Virus record (IMG/VR): IMGVR_UViG_3300031993_000051
Strand: one strand, 5' to 3'
Length of the DNA: 64,000 bases
DNA from: a virus
Lineage: Duplodnaviria; Heunggongvirae; Uroviricota; Caudoviricetes
Shown: in pieces, positions 38,997 through 47,847 of the stretch
How positions within the stretch are numbered: position 1 is the stretch's first letter
Layout: the number at the start of each line of letters is the position of its first letter
Translations under genes and position numbers: made by a program
The notes under the pieces: generated by a model
Seen by the model: only the letters and a program-made list of their open reading frames with translations
Told to the model about the DNA's origin: nothing
Database searches by the model: none

Positions 38997-39475
38997 ATTA
39001 TTTAAAAACATATTTCGCAATTATTGCCAAAGCGGCAGGGAGAGAGCCATCGATATTATATGATAAGCATCATATAATTCCTCAGTCATTGGGTGGTCCA
39101 GACGTGCCTACGAACTGGATTTATTTAACCCCTAGGGAACATATGATTGCACATCATTTGCTTGCCAGAGCTTATCCAGACGTCGAATTATTGCAGTCTG
39201 GATTTAACCTGAAGAAAGTCTGTATTAAGTATTATGACTATTATAGATGGTCTATGAGGTTAAAAGACTTAGCAGGTATGATAGAATATAGTAAGAATAA
39301 AAAAGAGATTGTAACGCGTTTAAGAGTGCTTCTGGACGCAATTGGTGATGTAGACCTAGATAAACATATTCCGGTAAAACAACAGCCTAATATGGTCAAA
39401 TCTAAAGCACCAGCAGTTACTGAAAAAACTGAAAAAATAGAAACTAAAAAAGGAAAAAAGAAATGCAAAGAATAA
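38993..39475 (+). CDS. HNH homing endonuclease
   Basis: HHIIPQSLGGPDVPTNWIYLTPREHMIAHH (the HNH motif). Confidence 0.7.
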   Translation: MNYLKTYFAIIAKAAGREPSILYDKHHIIPQSLGGPDVPTNWIYLTPREHMIAHHLLARAYPDVELLQSGFNLKKVCIKYYDYYRWSMRLKDLAGMIEYSKNKKEIVTRLRVLLDAIGDVDLDKHIPVKQQPNMVKSKAPAVTEKTEKIETKKGKKKCKE

Positions 39476-39666
39476 TTGGAATCTTACTGTTACTATGTGG
39501 CATGTCATTTGCATGTTCACCCTTCTTCACTTCTGAATTTTGTAAGGAGATAGATTTCTGGAATACTCAGTATTCTAGTTATCATTACAAATATTTTGAA
39601 ATTTCTCCTAACTGGCTACTCTGGATTAACGGTTATCAAGCGTTTAATTTCACGATTCGTTTCTAA
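39463..39666 (+). CDS. small secreted/membrane protein
   Basis: 67 aa with an N-terminal hydrophobic signal-like segment. Confidence 0.3.
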   Translation: MQRIIGILLLLCGMSFACSPFFTSEFCKEIDFWNTQYSSYHYKYFEISPNWLLWINGYQAFNFTIRF

Positions 39667-39939
39667 ATAAAAATTTACAAATTAATTTAAACTATGCAAA
39701 ATTTTGCATAGTTTTTTTTATATTTGATATGAAATTTGTAACGTAAAAAATAATAAATAATTATATTTGTCGGTTGAAGTTTATGTTAAATCTTAGTGAA
39801 AAAATTTCTCAAAAATGTAGCTTTAAAATAGTAAAGGCTACATTTTTCATTGTGCTATAAATATAAAACCGATAAAGAAAATGAAAGTTATTAGTGTTGT
39901 GAATTAAATGTTTATTGAGCGTTTATAAAGAGGAAATAG

Positions 39940-42411
39940 ATGATTAAAAACGTAATTAAGCGAGATAATCGCAGACGAAAATTCAACATTGCAAAAGTAT
40001 ATACAGCCATAGAAAATGCATTTAAATCAATAAATGAAAAATATACAGAAGAAGGTATAGACCAATTAGTTGATGAAGTAGTCGAGAAGATTTCCGCAAA
40101 TGATGCCAAGTCAGCAAGAGTTGAAGATATTCAGAATGTTATTGAAAAGACATTGATGAATAGCGGATTCGGAACAGTTGCTAAGGCATTTATTTTATAT
40201 AGAGACGAACGTAACCGTGCACGTGAAACAAAATCAGAAATTGTAAAGACCATTAAGGAAATTACAGAGTCTGATATTAAAAGTTCGAATATTTTAAGAG
40301 ACAATGCAAACGAATCTGGTGCTACTCCTGCTGGAACATACGGTAAGATTGCATCTGAAACGAATAAGATGTATAACCTGTTGAATAACATCAACAGAAA
40401 GTATGCACAGGAACATAAGGACGGACATTTACATATCCATGACCTTAACCAGTATAATTTGACATTCAACTGCTTGTTTGCTCCAGTTGGAAAGTTATTG
40501 AAGAACGGTTTTGACTCTGGAACTGGTTTCTTACGTTCCCCGAAGTCAATCCAGACTGCAGCAGCATTGACAGCAGTTATTCTTCAGCTCCAGTCCAACC
40601 AGCAATATGGTGGTATCGCTGATGATAATCTCGATTTTGATTTAGCACCGTTTGTCGATATTTCATTTAGAAAGAATCTTAAGGAAGAATTAGAAAGATA
40701 TATAGAATATAATCCAGATCATGAAGAAATGACCAATCTTGATGAAGTTGCAACAGCTTCTATGAACTGGCCTTCTGCACTTCTTTATACTAAGTTCCCT
40801 AAGATTTGTGTTATTAAGGCAATTCAGAAGACAGATGATGATACACATCAGGCTATGGAAGGTCTTATTGGTAATTTGAATTCTTTACAGTCTCGTTCTG
40901 GAAACCAAGTTCCATTTAGTTCTTTGAACTTCGGTCTTAATACTTCTAATTGTGGTCGTATGATTAGCAAGAATCTTATTAAGTCTCAGATGGAAGGTCT
41001 CGGTGACGGATTGACAGCAATTTTCCCAATCTTGATTTTCAAGTTGATGGAAGGTTACACAAAGAATCCAGAAGATCCTAACTATGATTTGTATCTCGAC
41101 TCTATTAAGTGTCTTGCTCGTAGATTCTACCCGAACTTTGTAAAGGTCGATAGTTCCTTCAATAAGCCATACATCAAGTATGAAACTAAGGAAGTTGAAA
41201 TTCTTGAAAATGTTATTGGTGTTAAGGTTCGTGGTAAAGATGAAGCAACAATTATCCCAATGCAAGACCAGAAGTTTGATAAGTTTGTCTATCAGTATGA
41301 TGTAGGTCAAGGTGACTATTGGGAAATTGAAGAAATTTCTGGAAATAAGTTGAAGTTGAAGAAACTCATTGAAAATACAACTATTTCTACTATGGGTTGT
41401 AGAACCAGAGTTATTGGTAATATCAATGGTGCTGAACAGACAACTGGTAGAGGTAACTTTGCATTCCATACAATTAACCTTCCTAGACTTGCTATTGAAG
41501 CTCATATCGCAGCAAAGGATGAAGAAGAACGTAAGACTATTTTCTTTGAAAAGCTTGCTGAAATGCTTGAAGATGCAAAGGGAAGTTTGCTTGACAGATT
41601 CGCATTGATTTCTAACAAGACATATGAGAATTTCCCATTTACTATGCAACAGGGTCTTTATCTCACATCTGATGACCAACCGCATGAAGTTACTGATAAG
41701 ATTGGTGAAGTTCTTAAACAGGCTTCGTTGTCAATCGGTTACGTCGGTCTTGCTGAAACCATGTTACTCTTGACAGGTAAGACTTATGGTGTTGACCATG
41801 AAATTGATGATTATGCTTTCTCTATTGTAAAGACTATTCGTGAATTTGTTGATAAGACACAGAAGGAAACTCATTTGAACTGGTCTTGTTTCGCTACTCC
41901 AGCTGAAGCAGTTGCAGGTCGTTTTGCTAACATCGATAAAAATCTTTTCCAGAATGAAAAGAAGCTTGCTGATGTAGATTTACAGAGAGTCTTCGGTAAG
42001 GGTTATTACACAAATAGCCACATGCTTGATTATTCTTTGGAAACTACTCTTGAAAACAAGATTAAGATGGAAGCTCCATATCATAAGATTACAAATGCTG
42101 GTCATATCTTCTATTACAAGTTGAATGGTGACTTGTCTAAGAATCTTGAAGCGGTCAAGGCAACTATTGATGCCATGTATGAAGGTGACCTTGGTTATTT
42201 CACTTGCACATTTGACAGTGATACTTGTACTAAGTGCCATTTCCATGGAATCATCAATAATGAATGTCCATGTTGTGGTAACAAGAATGAAGACGAGATT
42301 ATTCGTGTTAGAAGAATTACCGGATATTTGACTGGTTCTCCTAAGAAGACTATTTTTAAGTCTTGGAATGATGGAAAATTAGCAGAATTGAGAGACCGTC
42401 ATAATATTTAA
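39940..42411 (+). CDS. nrdD: anaerobic ribonucleoside-triphosphate reductase (class III)
   Basis: N-terminal ATP-cone (VIKRDNRRRKFNIAKVYTAIE), C-terminal Zn cysteines (CTKCHFHG...CPCCG) and glycyl-radical motif RRITGYLTG. Confidence 0.9.
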   Translation: MIKNVIKRDNRRRKFNIAKVYTAIENAFKSINEKYTEEGIDQLVDEVVEKISANDAKSARVEDIQNVIEKTLMNSGFGTVAKAFILYRDERNRARETKSEIVKTIKEITESDIKSSNILRDNANESGATPAGTYGKIASETNKMYNLLNNINRKYAQEHKDGHLHIHDLNQYNLTFNCLFAPVGKLLKNGFDSGTGFLRSPKSIQTAAALTAVILQLQSNQQYGGIADDNLDFDLAPFVDISFRKNLKEELERYIEYNPDHEEMTNLDEVATASMNWPSALLYTKFPKICVIKAIQKTDDDTHQAMEGLIGNLNSLQSRSGNQVPFSSLNFGLNTSNCGRMISKNLIKSQMEGLGDGLTAIFPILIFKLMEGYTKNPEDPNYDLYLDSIKCLARRFYPNFVKVDSSFNKPYIKYETKEVEILENVIGVKVRGKDEATIIPMQDQKFDKFVYQYDVGQGDYWEIEEISGNKLKLKKLIENTTISTMGCRTRVIGNINGAEQTTGRGNFAFHTINLPRLAIEAHIAAKDEEERKTIFFEKLAEMLEDAKGSLLDRFALISNKTYENFPFTMQQGLYLTSDDQPHEVTDKIGEVLKQASLSIGYVGLAETMLLLTGKTYGVDHEIDDYAFSIVKTIREFVDKTQKETHLNWSCFATPAEAVAGRFANIDKNLFQNEKKLADVDLQRVFGKGYYTNSHMLDYSLETTLENKIKMEAPYHKITNAGHIFYYKLNGDLSKNLEAVKATIDAMYEGDLGYFTCTFDSDTCTKCHFHGIINNECPCCGNKNEDEIIRVRRITGYLTGSPKKTIFKSWNDGKLAELRDRHNI

Positions 42412-42485
42412 TAAAAACAACTAGAAAAAAATCATACGGGTTGAAAAACCGTATGGTTTTTCTATCTTTAAGCAAAAGGAAGCGA

Positions 42486-42779
42486 ATGTTAGATACTTTA
42501 ATGTTAATCTGTGGTTTTTGTGGAGCTGGTGCTTTTGCAGTTTGTTCATTACCACAAGTTATTAAAGCTTATAAAACTAAGTCGACAGGTGATATAAGTA
42601 TTTTCTTTATTATCTTGTCAATTATCGGTAATTTATGTAGTGCTGCTTATATATTCTATACTAATTATATAAGTGGAATGTGGCAATATCCGCAATATGT
42701 AAATTATACTTTGGCAACTATACTTATATTTATCCTTCTCGGGTTAAAACTAAAATATGATAAGGAAAATAAAAAATGA
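42486..42779 (+). CDS. SemiSWEET / PQ-loop small transporter
   Basis: CSLPQVIKAYKTKSTGDIS, compared with the SemiSWEET pattern SFLPQVLRVVMTKQTRDIS. Three predicted TM helices over about 97 aa. The real start is probably the ATG at 42486 (SD AAGGAAG), not the TTG at 42441 that lies inside the terminator hairpin. Confidence 0.7.
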   Translation: MLDTLMLICGFCGAGAFAVCSLPQVIKAYKTKSTGDISIFFIILSIIGNLCSAAYIFYTNYISGMWQYPQYVNYTLATILIFILLGLKLKYDKENKK

Positions 42780-43435
42780 GTATAATGGATCTTATCGGTG
42801 TTCAAAGAGGAATTGATTTTGAACATAGTTTACCAACTGTAATGCGATATAAACCTGATATAAGAGAAGGTTATGAATATGGCAGTTTTGAACCTAAATA
42901 TGGTCATACGCCAAATTGGCAACCTTTATGTAGTAATTCTTCAGACTTATATAAAGAAATCGTTTTAGCATGTAAGCAAGTTGCAAAAGTTACAGAAATG
43001 AAAAATCCAATAGGTAATGATCCTTTTTGGCATCGTAGTGGACCTGAACGTGCAGGAACGATTGTTTCTAAGATAATACAGCTTTGTAATGATATTGCTA
43101 TTGCTACTCGACAAGGTCAAGGCAATGTTATTGTATTAAATACTAAGATGTATGATTTATTACGTGAGTTAACATTTGGTTTTATGGATTGCCCATTTAT
43201 TTCTGAATCTGCTCCAGGCGTATTAAAGATTGTTGGAAGAGATGCTTTTAAAATGGATTTTGACGATTATTCAAATTATCCAGAAGCTATTATGACATAT
43301 CATTCTAATAATTCGTGTGTATGTGGTGCTATTGCAGCACTTAGTCCTACCGAGACTTATTTTTCAATTAATACTGATATGGAAGGAACAGAGAATTATT
43401 ATAGACTTTTAAGGGTAAAAGATGAATTACAGTAA
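42776..43435 (+). CDS. hypothetical protein, paralog A (flanks nrdG)
   Basis: Related to 43903..44574 (DLIGVQ / DLIKVQ; GNVIVLNTKMYDLLREL / GNYILINNAFKKELEEL; C-terminal YYRLLRV / YYRLIKLV). Confidence 0.4.
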   Translation: MSIMDLIGVQRGIDFEHSLPTVMRYKPDIREGYEYGSFEPKYGHTPNWQPLCSNSSDLYKEIVLACKQVAKVTEMKNPIGNDPFWHRSGPERAGTIVSKIIQLCNDIAIATRQGQGNVIVLNTKMYDLLRELTFGFMDCPFISESAPGVLKIVGRDAFKMDFDDYSNYPEAIMTYHSNNSCVCGAIAALSPTETYFSINTDMEGTENYYRLLRVKDELQ

Positions 43436-43934
43436 AATTGATCCAATGAGTATTGTCGATGGTGACGGTTGTCGAGTAACACTTTTTGTTTCAGGTTGTA
43501 GAAATCATTGTAAAGGGTGTTTTAATCCAGAAACATGGAATTTTGACTATGGTCAACCATATACAGAAATTACAGAAAATGAAATTATTGAAGCCTGTAA
43601 GAAATCATATATTGCTGGGTTAACTGTTCTTGGTGGAGAACCAATGGAAAAAGAAAACCAAGCAGAAATTTATAAACTCATTACTAATTTCAAACGTGCA
43701 TATCCTGGTAAAAATGTTTGGTTATTTACTGGTTATATTTATGAAAAAGATTTATTAGAAGGTCAGCGTCAAAATATAAATGGGTTAACTTCTTCTTTAT
43801 TAGAAATGGTTGATATTCTGGTTGACGGACCATTTATTCTTGAACAGAGAGATTTGAATTTAAAGTTTAGGGGAAGCACGAATCAAAGGCTATTAACAAG
43901 AGATGAAAGACAAAGGTTACAAAATGACAATTAA
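43422..43934 (+). CDS. nrdG: anaerobic RNR activating enzyme (radical SAM)
   Basis: VTLFVSGCRNHCKGCFNPETW (CxxxCxxC) and GGEP. Confidence 0.8.
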   Translation: MNYSKIDPMSIVDGDGCRVTLFVSGCRNHCKGCFNPETWNFDYGQPYTEITENEIIEACKKSYIAGLTVLGGEPMEKENQAEIYKLITNFKRAYPGKNVWLFTGYIYEKDLLEGQRQNINGLTSSLLEMVDILVDGPFILEQRDLNLKFRGSTNQRLLTRDERQRLQNDN

Positions 43935-44574
43935 AGACTTAATTAAAGTCCAGAAGAAAGACGGATTATTTAAAAACTGTGCATCCGTTTTAAGATATAT
44001 TCCAAGAGAACTATTATTCGATGGTAGAGAAGCTGACCGTCCAGAATTAACATTGGGTCTTGAAAGACAACTTATCCATGAAAAAGATTGGAAAGATGCA
44101 AGTGATGAAAGTAAGAAAGAATTAGATGTAATTCATGCATGTATGGATGTTGCTAATGTTATTGAAATTCACAAAGATCCAGAGTCTACTGCTTCTAAAG
44201 AAGAACGTTGTGGTGTATTGTTGACTAATTTAATGAAGGAATGTAATTCTATTAGAACAAGTACTCGCCGTTGTGCAGGTAATTATATTCTTATTAATAA
44301 TGCATTTAAGAAAGAATTAGAAGAACTTGGTGCATTTTCAACTCCATTTATTAATGTTTCAACTGATAACACTGAATATCTTGTTAATGGTGTTATTAAA
44401 ATGAGTGTTGCTGAGTTTGATGAAGATACACCAATGGCATTAATAGGATATTCTGGAACTAGTAGGTTTGATGGTGGAATCGTTTTAGCAGAAGACGAAG
44501 AAAATAATAAGTATGCGATTGCTGACCGATTCTACGATAGTGATAAGTATTATAGATTAATTAAACTTGTATAG
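43903..44574 (+). CDS. hypothetical protein, paralog B (flanks nrdG)
   Basis: See paralog A. Confidence 0.4.
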   Translation: MKDKGYKMTIKDLIKVQKKDGLFKNCASVLRYIPRELLFDGREADRPELTLGLERQLIHEKDWKDASDESKKELDVIHACMDVANVIEIHKDPESTASKEERCGVLLTNLMKECNSIRTSTRRCAGNYILINNAFKKELEELGAFSTPFINVSTDNTEYLVNGVIKMSVAEFDEDTPMALIGYSGTSRFDGGIVLAEDEENNKYAIADRFYDSDKYYRLIKLV

Positions 44575-44577
44575 AAT

Positions 44578-45507
44578 ATGAGATATATTAAAGGGAGAAG
44601 TAATTTAAGTTGCACAATTTTTGTGCCATGGGATTGTAATAATCATTGCAAGTTCTGTACATCTAAGCAGATGTATAAACAAAGAACTTGTGATATTAAT
44701 GCAATTCTTGCACAAATCAAAAAACTTAATGAAAATCCGTTAATTGAAGAATTTGTATTAACAGGTGGAGAACCATTAGCAGATATTGAGAAATGTCAGA
44801 TTCTTATTGATGCTATGGAGAAACCTGTTTATATCAATACTACATTCCCAACATTTACAGATTTGCCTGGAACAGTAGAAATGTCTAAAGTCAAGACGTT
44901 AATCGATTTCATTAATAATAATGAAAAGATTGGTGGTTTGAATATTTCCAGACATATGCATCAACAGTTTTATGAACCAGTTTTGCCAGTAGATATGTTT
45001 GCACATTTAATTAAGAAACATATTAAATTAAATGTAGTTCTTTCTAAGGAGTTTGATATAAACGAATTTAAAACGTTTATAGAACCATATAAAGAATTAG
45101 AAAATATATCTATTTGTATTAGAGCAGATTATCGGAATATTACTAAAGATAACTTAAAGAATCGTGATGATGTATTTGAAAAGTTAATTTTGGAATATGA
45201 ATATGAAAGTTCTGGTGGATGTATGGTCTGTAATGACGACAGATTCTGGAATAATAATTTATTAATTAGTTATCATCGTGGAATGGAACATTCTAAAGTA
45301 GTTTATGGTAATAAGATATTTGTAAATGATATTTTGATTACTATTGACGGTCAAGTTTATGATGACTGGGATTTAGTAACAAATACAGAATTTGAAAGAT
45401 GGGTATTTGGTGAATATTCATTGACAGATGATATATCTGAATATGAAAATGATCCAGTATATGTTGATTGGTTATTGAAAAAGAATGGTGAAGAAGGTAT
45501 ATTATGA
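44578..45507 (+). CDS. second radical-SAM enzyme, glycyl-radical-activase-like
   Basis: CTIFVPWDCNNHCKFCTS (CxxxCxxC directly followed by Cys-x-x, as in PflA/NrdG activases) and LTGGEPL. An extra CMVC pair near the C-terminus. Confidence 0.65.
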   Translation: MRYIKGRSNLSCTIFVPWDCNNHCKFCTSKQMYKQRTCDINAILAQIKKLNENPLIEEFVLTGGEPLADIEKCQILIDAMEKPVYINTTFPTFTDLPGTVEMSKVKTLIDFINNNEKIGGLNISRHMHQQFYEPVLPVDMFAHLIKKHIKLNVVLSKEFDINEFKTFIEPYKELENISICIRADYRNITKDNLKNRDDVFEKLILEYEYESSGGCMVCNDDRFWNNNLLISYHRGMEHSKVVYGNKIFVNDILITIDGQVYDDWDLVTNTEFERWVFGEYSLTDDISEYENDPVYVDWLLKKNGEEGIL

Positions 45508-45704
45508 CATTAACTGAATTAAGACAAAAACTTAAAACCGCAGGTATGAAACAACTTAAAATTACAGGTTGCGGTGGATATGTAGGATGTGGAACTGGTG
45601 GTTATTATGACTATGCCAATGCACATTTTGGAAATCCTCCACAATGGGTATCGTATAGTTGCGGATTTTATATGAGATGTGGTGGTCCTACTACATGTGG
45701 TTAA
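45504..45704 (+). CDS. 66-aa Cys/Gly/Tyr-rich peptide translationally coupled to the radical-SAM gene
   Basis: ATGA overlap with the upstream stop. Degenerate SAP-like N-terminus (MTLTELRQKLKTAGMKQL), then ITGCGGYVGCGTGGYYDY...YSCGFYMRCGGPTTCG (5 Cys, 11 Gly). Confidence 0.4.
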   Translation: MTLTELRQKLKTAGMKQLKITGCGGYVGCGTGGYYDYANAHFGNPPQWVSYSCGFYMRCGGPTTCG

Positions 45705-45710
45705 AAAGAA

Positions 45711-45738
45711 AGAGTCAAGAAAACCTTGACTCTTTTTA
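45711..45738. terminator. bidirectional intrinsic terminator
   Basis: agagtcaag-aaaac-cttgactct followed by TTTTT, between convergent genes. Confidence 0.6.
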
Positions 45739-45744
45739 TATTAT

Positions 45745-46356
45745 TTAAATTGATGGTTTAACATGTGTTATAGGCAGTCTAAGTAATTTATCTGGAAGTA
45801 TATTTAATTTTGAAAGTAATGTATATGCGACTTCACGACTAATACCAGATTCATATAAAGTTTCAATTATTTCAACTGTTCTTATCTCGCTAGTTTTTAT
45901 TTTACGTGCAAGTTTATAAATTTTAGTGAATTTAGAATAGTCATTACTTTCATTTATATTAATTATAATTTTGCCAGTTTTAGGATTTTTATATTCTGCA
46001 CAACCATAATATGAATTATATCCAGTAAATTCATATCTTTTATTTTTGACAATAATAGTTGCTGGTGTTTCATCTTCATCATCGTCATAATAATAACTGC
46101 CACAACCGCTACTATGACAACTAGAAACATATCCGCAACCTACTCTGACACTTCTGGATATTGTACCACATCCACCACCATAACTACTGCTACTACCACA
46201 TCCAGAACTATAGCTGGAACCGCAACCACTGCTGCCGCACCCAGAACTATAACTGCTGCTTCCGCTACAACCACCACTATAACTACCGCATTCATTAAGC
46301 CTACGAACAGTGTAGCCTTTATTTTTAAGTAATTCTCTTGCTTCTAATAAATTCAT
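45745..46356 (-). CDS. SAP-like motif protein with Cys/Gly/Ser/Tyr low-complexity repeat region
   Basis: MNLLEARELLKNKGYTV at the N-terminus. Then about 75 aa of (S)SGCGSS(Y) repeats, an acidic DDDEDE stretch, and a ~100-aa C-terminal domain. Confidence 0.5.
   Translation of the reverse strand: MNLLEARELLKNKGYTVRRLNECGSYSGGCSGSSSYSSGCGSSGCGSSYSSGCGSSSSYGGGCGTISRSVRVGCGYVSSCHSSGCGSYYYDDDEDETPATIIVKNKRYEFTGYNSYYGCAEYKNPKTGKIIININESNDYSKFTKIYKLARKIKTSEIRTVEIIETLYESGISREVAYTLLSKLNILPDKLLRLPITHVKPSI
46140..46325. repeat. imperfect short tandem DNA repeats (ccacaacc / gctactacc / agaactata units) encoding the CGS-rich segment
   Basis: Visible direct repeats on the + strand inside the 45745..46356 CDS. 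Confidence 0.45.
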
Positions 46357-46370
46357 AAATGCCCCTTACA

Positions 46371-46745
46371 TTAGAACAACCAGTCTAATTCTATCATTAC
46401 TCCCCATTTACAATATCTAATAGTTACATCAAAGCCTCGTTCTTTTGCAAGTTTAAAGTATTTTTTAAATATTGTAGGATTATCTTCGTATTCTTTATCA
46501 TGTACTATAATACCTGTACTACCTTCTTCATATTTAGCATGACCATATTTAACATTTGATAATATAGCATCAAGGCCAACAAGTTTTGATTCTTCTGCAG
46601 TAAGTTCATTTTTTATTGCAGTAAATTCATCAAACAGTAATTTTTGTTTGTCAGAATCTAATTTTATTGGGGCTTCTTCAAGTTCTTCTTTAATAATAGC
46701 ATAGCCATTATCTTTAAGTAATTCTGTTGCTTCTTGTAAGTTCAT
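46371..46745 (-). CDS. small SAP-like motif protein
   Basis: N-terminus MNLQEATELLKDNGYAII. Confidence 0.5.
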   Translation of the reverse strand: MNLQEATELLKDNGYAIIKEELEEAPIKLDSDKQKLLFDEFTAIKNELTAEESKLVGLDAILSNVKYGHAKYEEGSTGIIVHDKEYEDNPTIFKKYFKLAKERGFDVTIRYCKWGVMIELDWLF

Positions 46746-46758
46746 TTTAAATCCTTTA

Positions 46759-47193
46759 TTAAAAATTATTTAAAAATGCATGCATTATTGCACCTTTTTG
46801 GTAAATAGCATTACATTCTTCATAAACTGCTTTTTTGCTTTTTAGTTTCTTAAAGTCTTCTTCAGTTAATGGATTAGGATCTTCAGATTTCCAACCTAAT
46901 TCCCATGCTTCCTGTAGGTCTTTTTTAGGGGTATCATAGTCTTTGCAATAACGTTTTAAAACAATTTCACCAATATCTTTACCGGTATCGTTCAATTCTT
47001 TTTCAGAGAGAATGGTATTTTGATAGCCTATTTGGACGGTATTCTGTGCCCAAGAAGAATTTATAAGTTTAGAACGATATGCTAGATAATCATCGGCACT
47101 ATTAAAACGTATTTCAGATTCATTCATTACAGGTTTATCTATAACCTTGTAATGATTTTCTTTTAATATAGATATAGCTTCTTTTAAGTTCAT
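46759..47193 (-). CDS. small SAP-like motif protein
   Basis: N-terminus MNLKEAISILKENHYKVI. Confidence 0.5.
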   Translation of the reverse strand: MNLKEAISILKENHYKVIDKPVMNESEIRFNSADDYLAYRSKLINSSWAQNTVQIGYQNTILSEKELNDTGKDIGEIVLKRYCKDYDTPKKDLQEAWELGWKSEDPNPLTEEDFKKLKSKKAVYEECNAIYQKGAIMHAFLNNF

Positions 47194-47211
47194 AAGAGTA
47201 TTCTTTAAATA

Positions 47212-47847
47212 TTAGAGTTCTTCGTTAATTCTATCAGCAGCATCTTGTGGAGCAATAAGACCTTGATTATAAAGGTCAGCAGCAATTTGCTTTGCCCTTG
47301 GTAAATCTTCATCATCGAGCATACCACCATCTTCCTGAGCTAAAGATAGAGCCTTAGCAATATAGTCTTCTTCAGCATTTGGAACTATAGTTTCGATTTC
47401 ATCATCGTCAATCGGTGCAAATTCCATTTCATCAAAGAAAAGTTCAATCTTACGGCCAGGTTTCTTTTCTTCTCTGACATAACCAAGTTCCTTAAGAACT
47501 TCAGACCATTGTGTATTTTTGTATGTTCTTAGGCGAGACTTTACAAAAGCAATTTCACGTGGAGTCAAAACTTCACCATTCTGAACTTTTTCTGCTAATG
47601 GAGAAAGATAAGCAGCATCAGTTTGGTTAAAACCCCTATAATTACGTAAAACGGTACGTCTACCTTGCTTTTCGAAATCTACCTGACGTCCATACATACC
47701 AATGAGAAGAACAATAACGAACTTATCATTTTCCAAATATTCCTTAATTCGCTGATTAAGCTGGAAATTTGATGTATAAACATCTTCCTTTATGATTTTA
47801 TAACCGTGTTCTTTAATAACTTTAATAGCTTCTGCCATTTTTTTCAT
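47212..47847 (-). CDS. SAP-like motif protein (two copies)
   Basis: N-terminus MAEAIKVIKEHGYKII and an internal copy WSEVLKELGYV. Acidic C-terminus. Confidence 0.5.
   Translation of the reverse strand: MKKMAEAIKVIKEHGYKIIKEDVYTSNFQLNQRIKEYLENDKFVIVLLIGMYGRQVDFEKQGRRTVLRNYRGFNQTDAAYLSPLAEKVQNGEVLTPREIAFVKSRLRTYKNTQWSEVLKELGYVREEKKPGRKIELFFDEMEFAPIDDDEIETIVPNAEEDYIAKALSLAQEDGGMLDDEDLPRAKQIAADLYNQGLIAPQDAADRINEEL

Noticed and set aside
42441-42485. TTG-initiated N-terminal extension of the SemiSWEET ORF (MKNRMVFLSLSKRKRM...)
   Set aside because: The extension lies within the nrdD terminator hairpin. The downstream ATG at 42486 has a good SD and gives the canonical ~97-aa SemiSWEET length.
46140-46325. 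Possibility that the repetitive CGS-rich DNA is a CRISPR array or non-coding satellite
   Set aside because: The repeats are short and imperfect, with no spacer structure. The region is in-frame within an ORF that has the conserved N-terminal family motif and a proper C-terminal domain.
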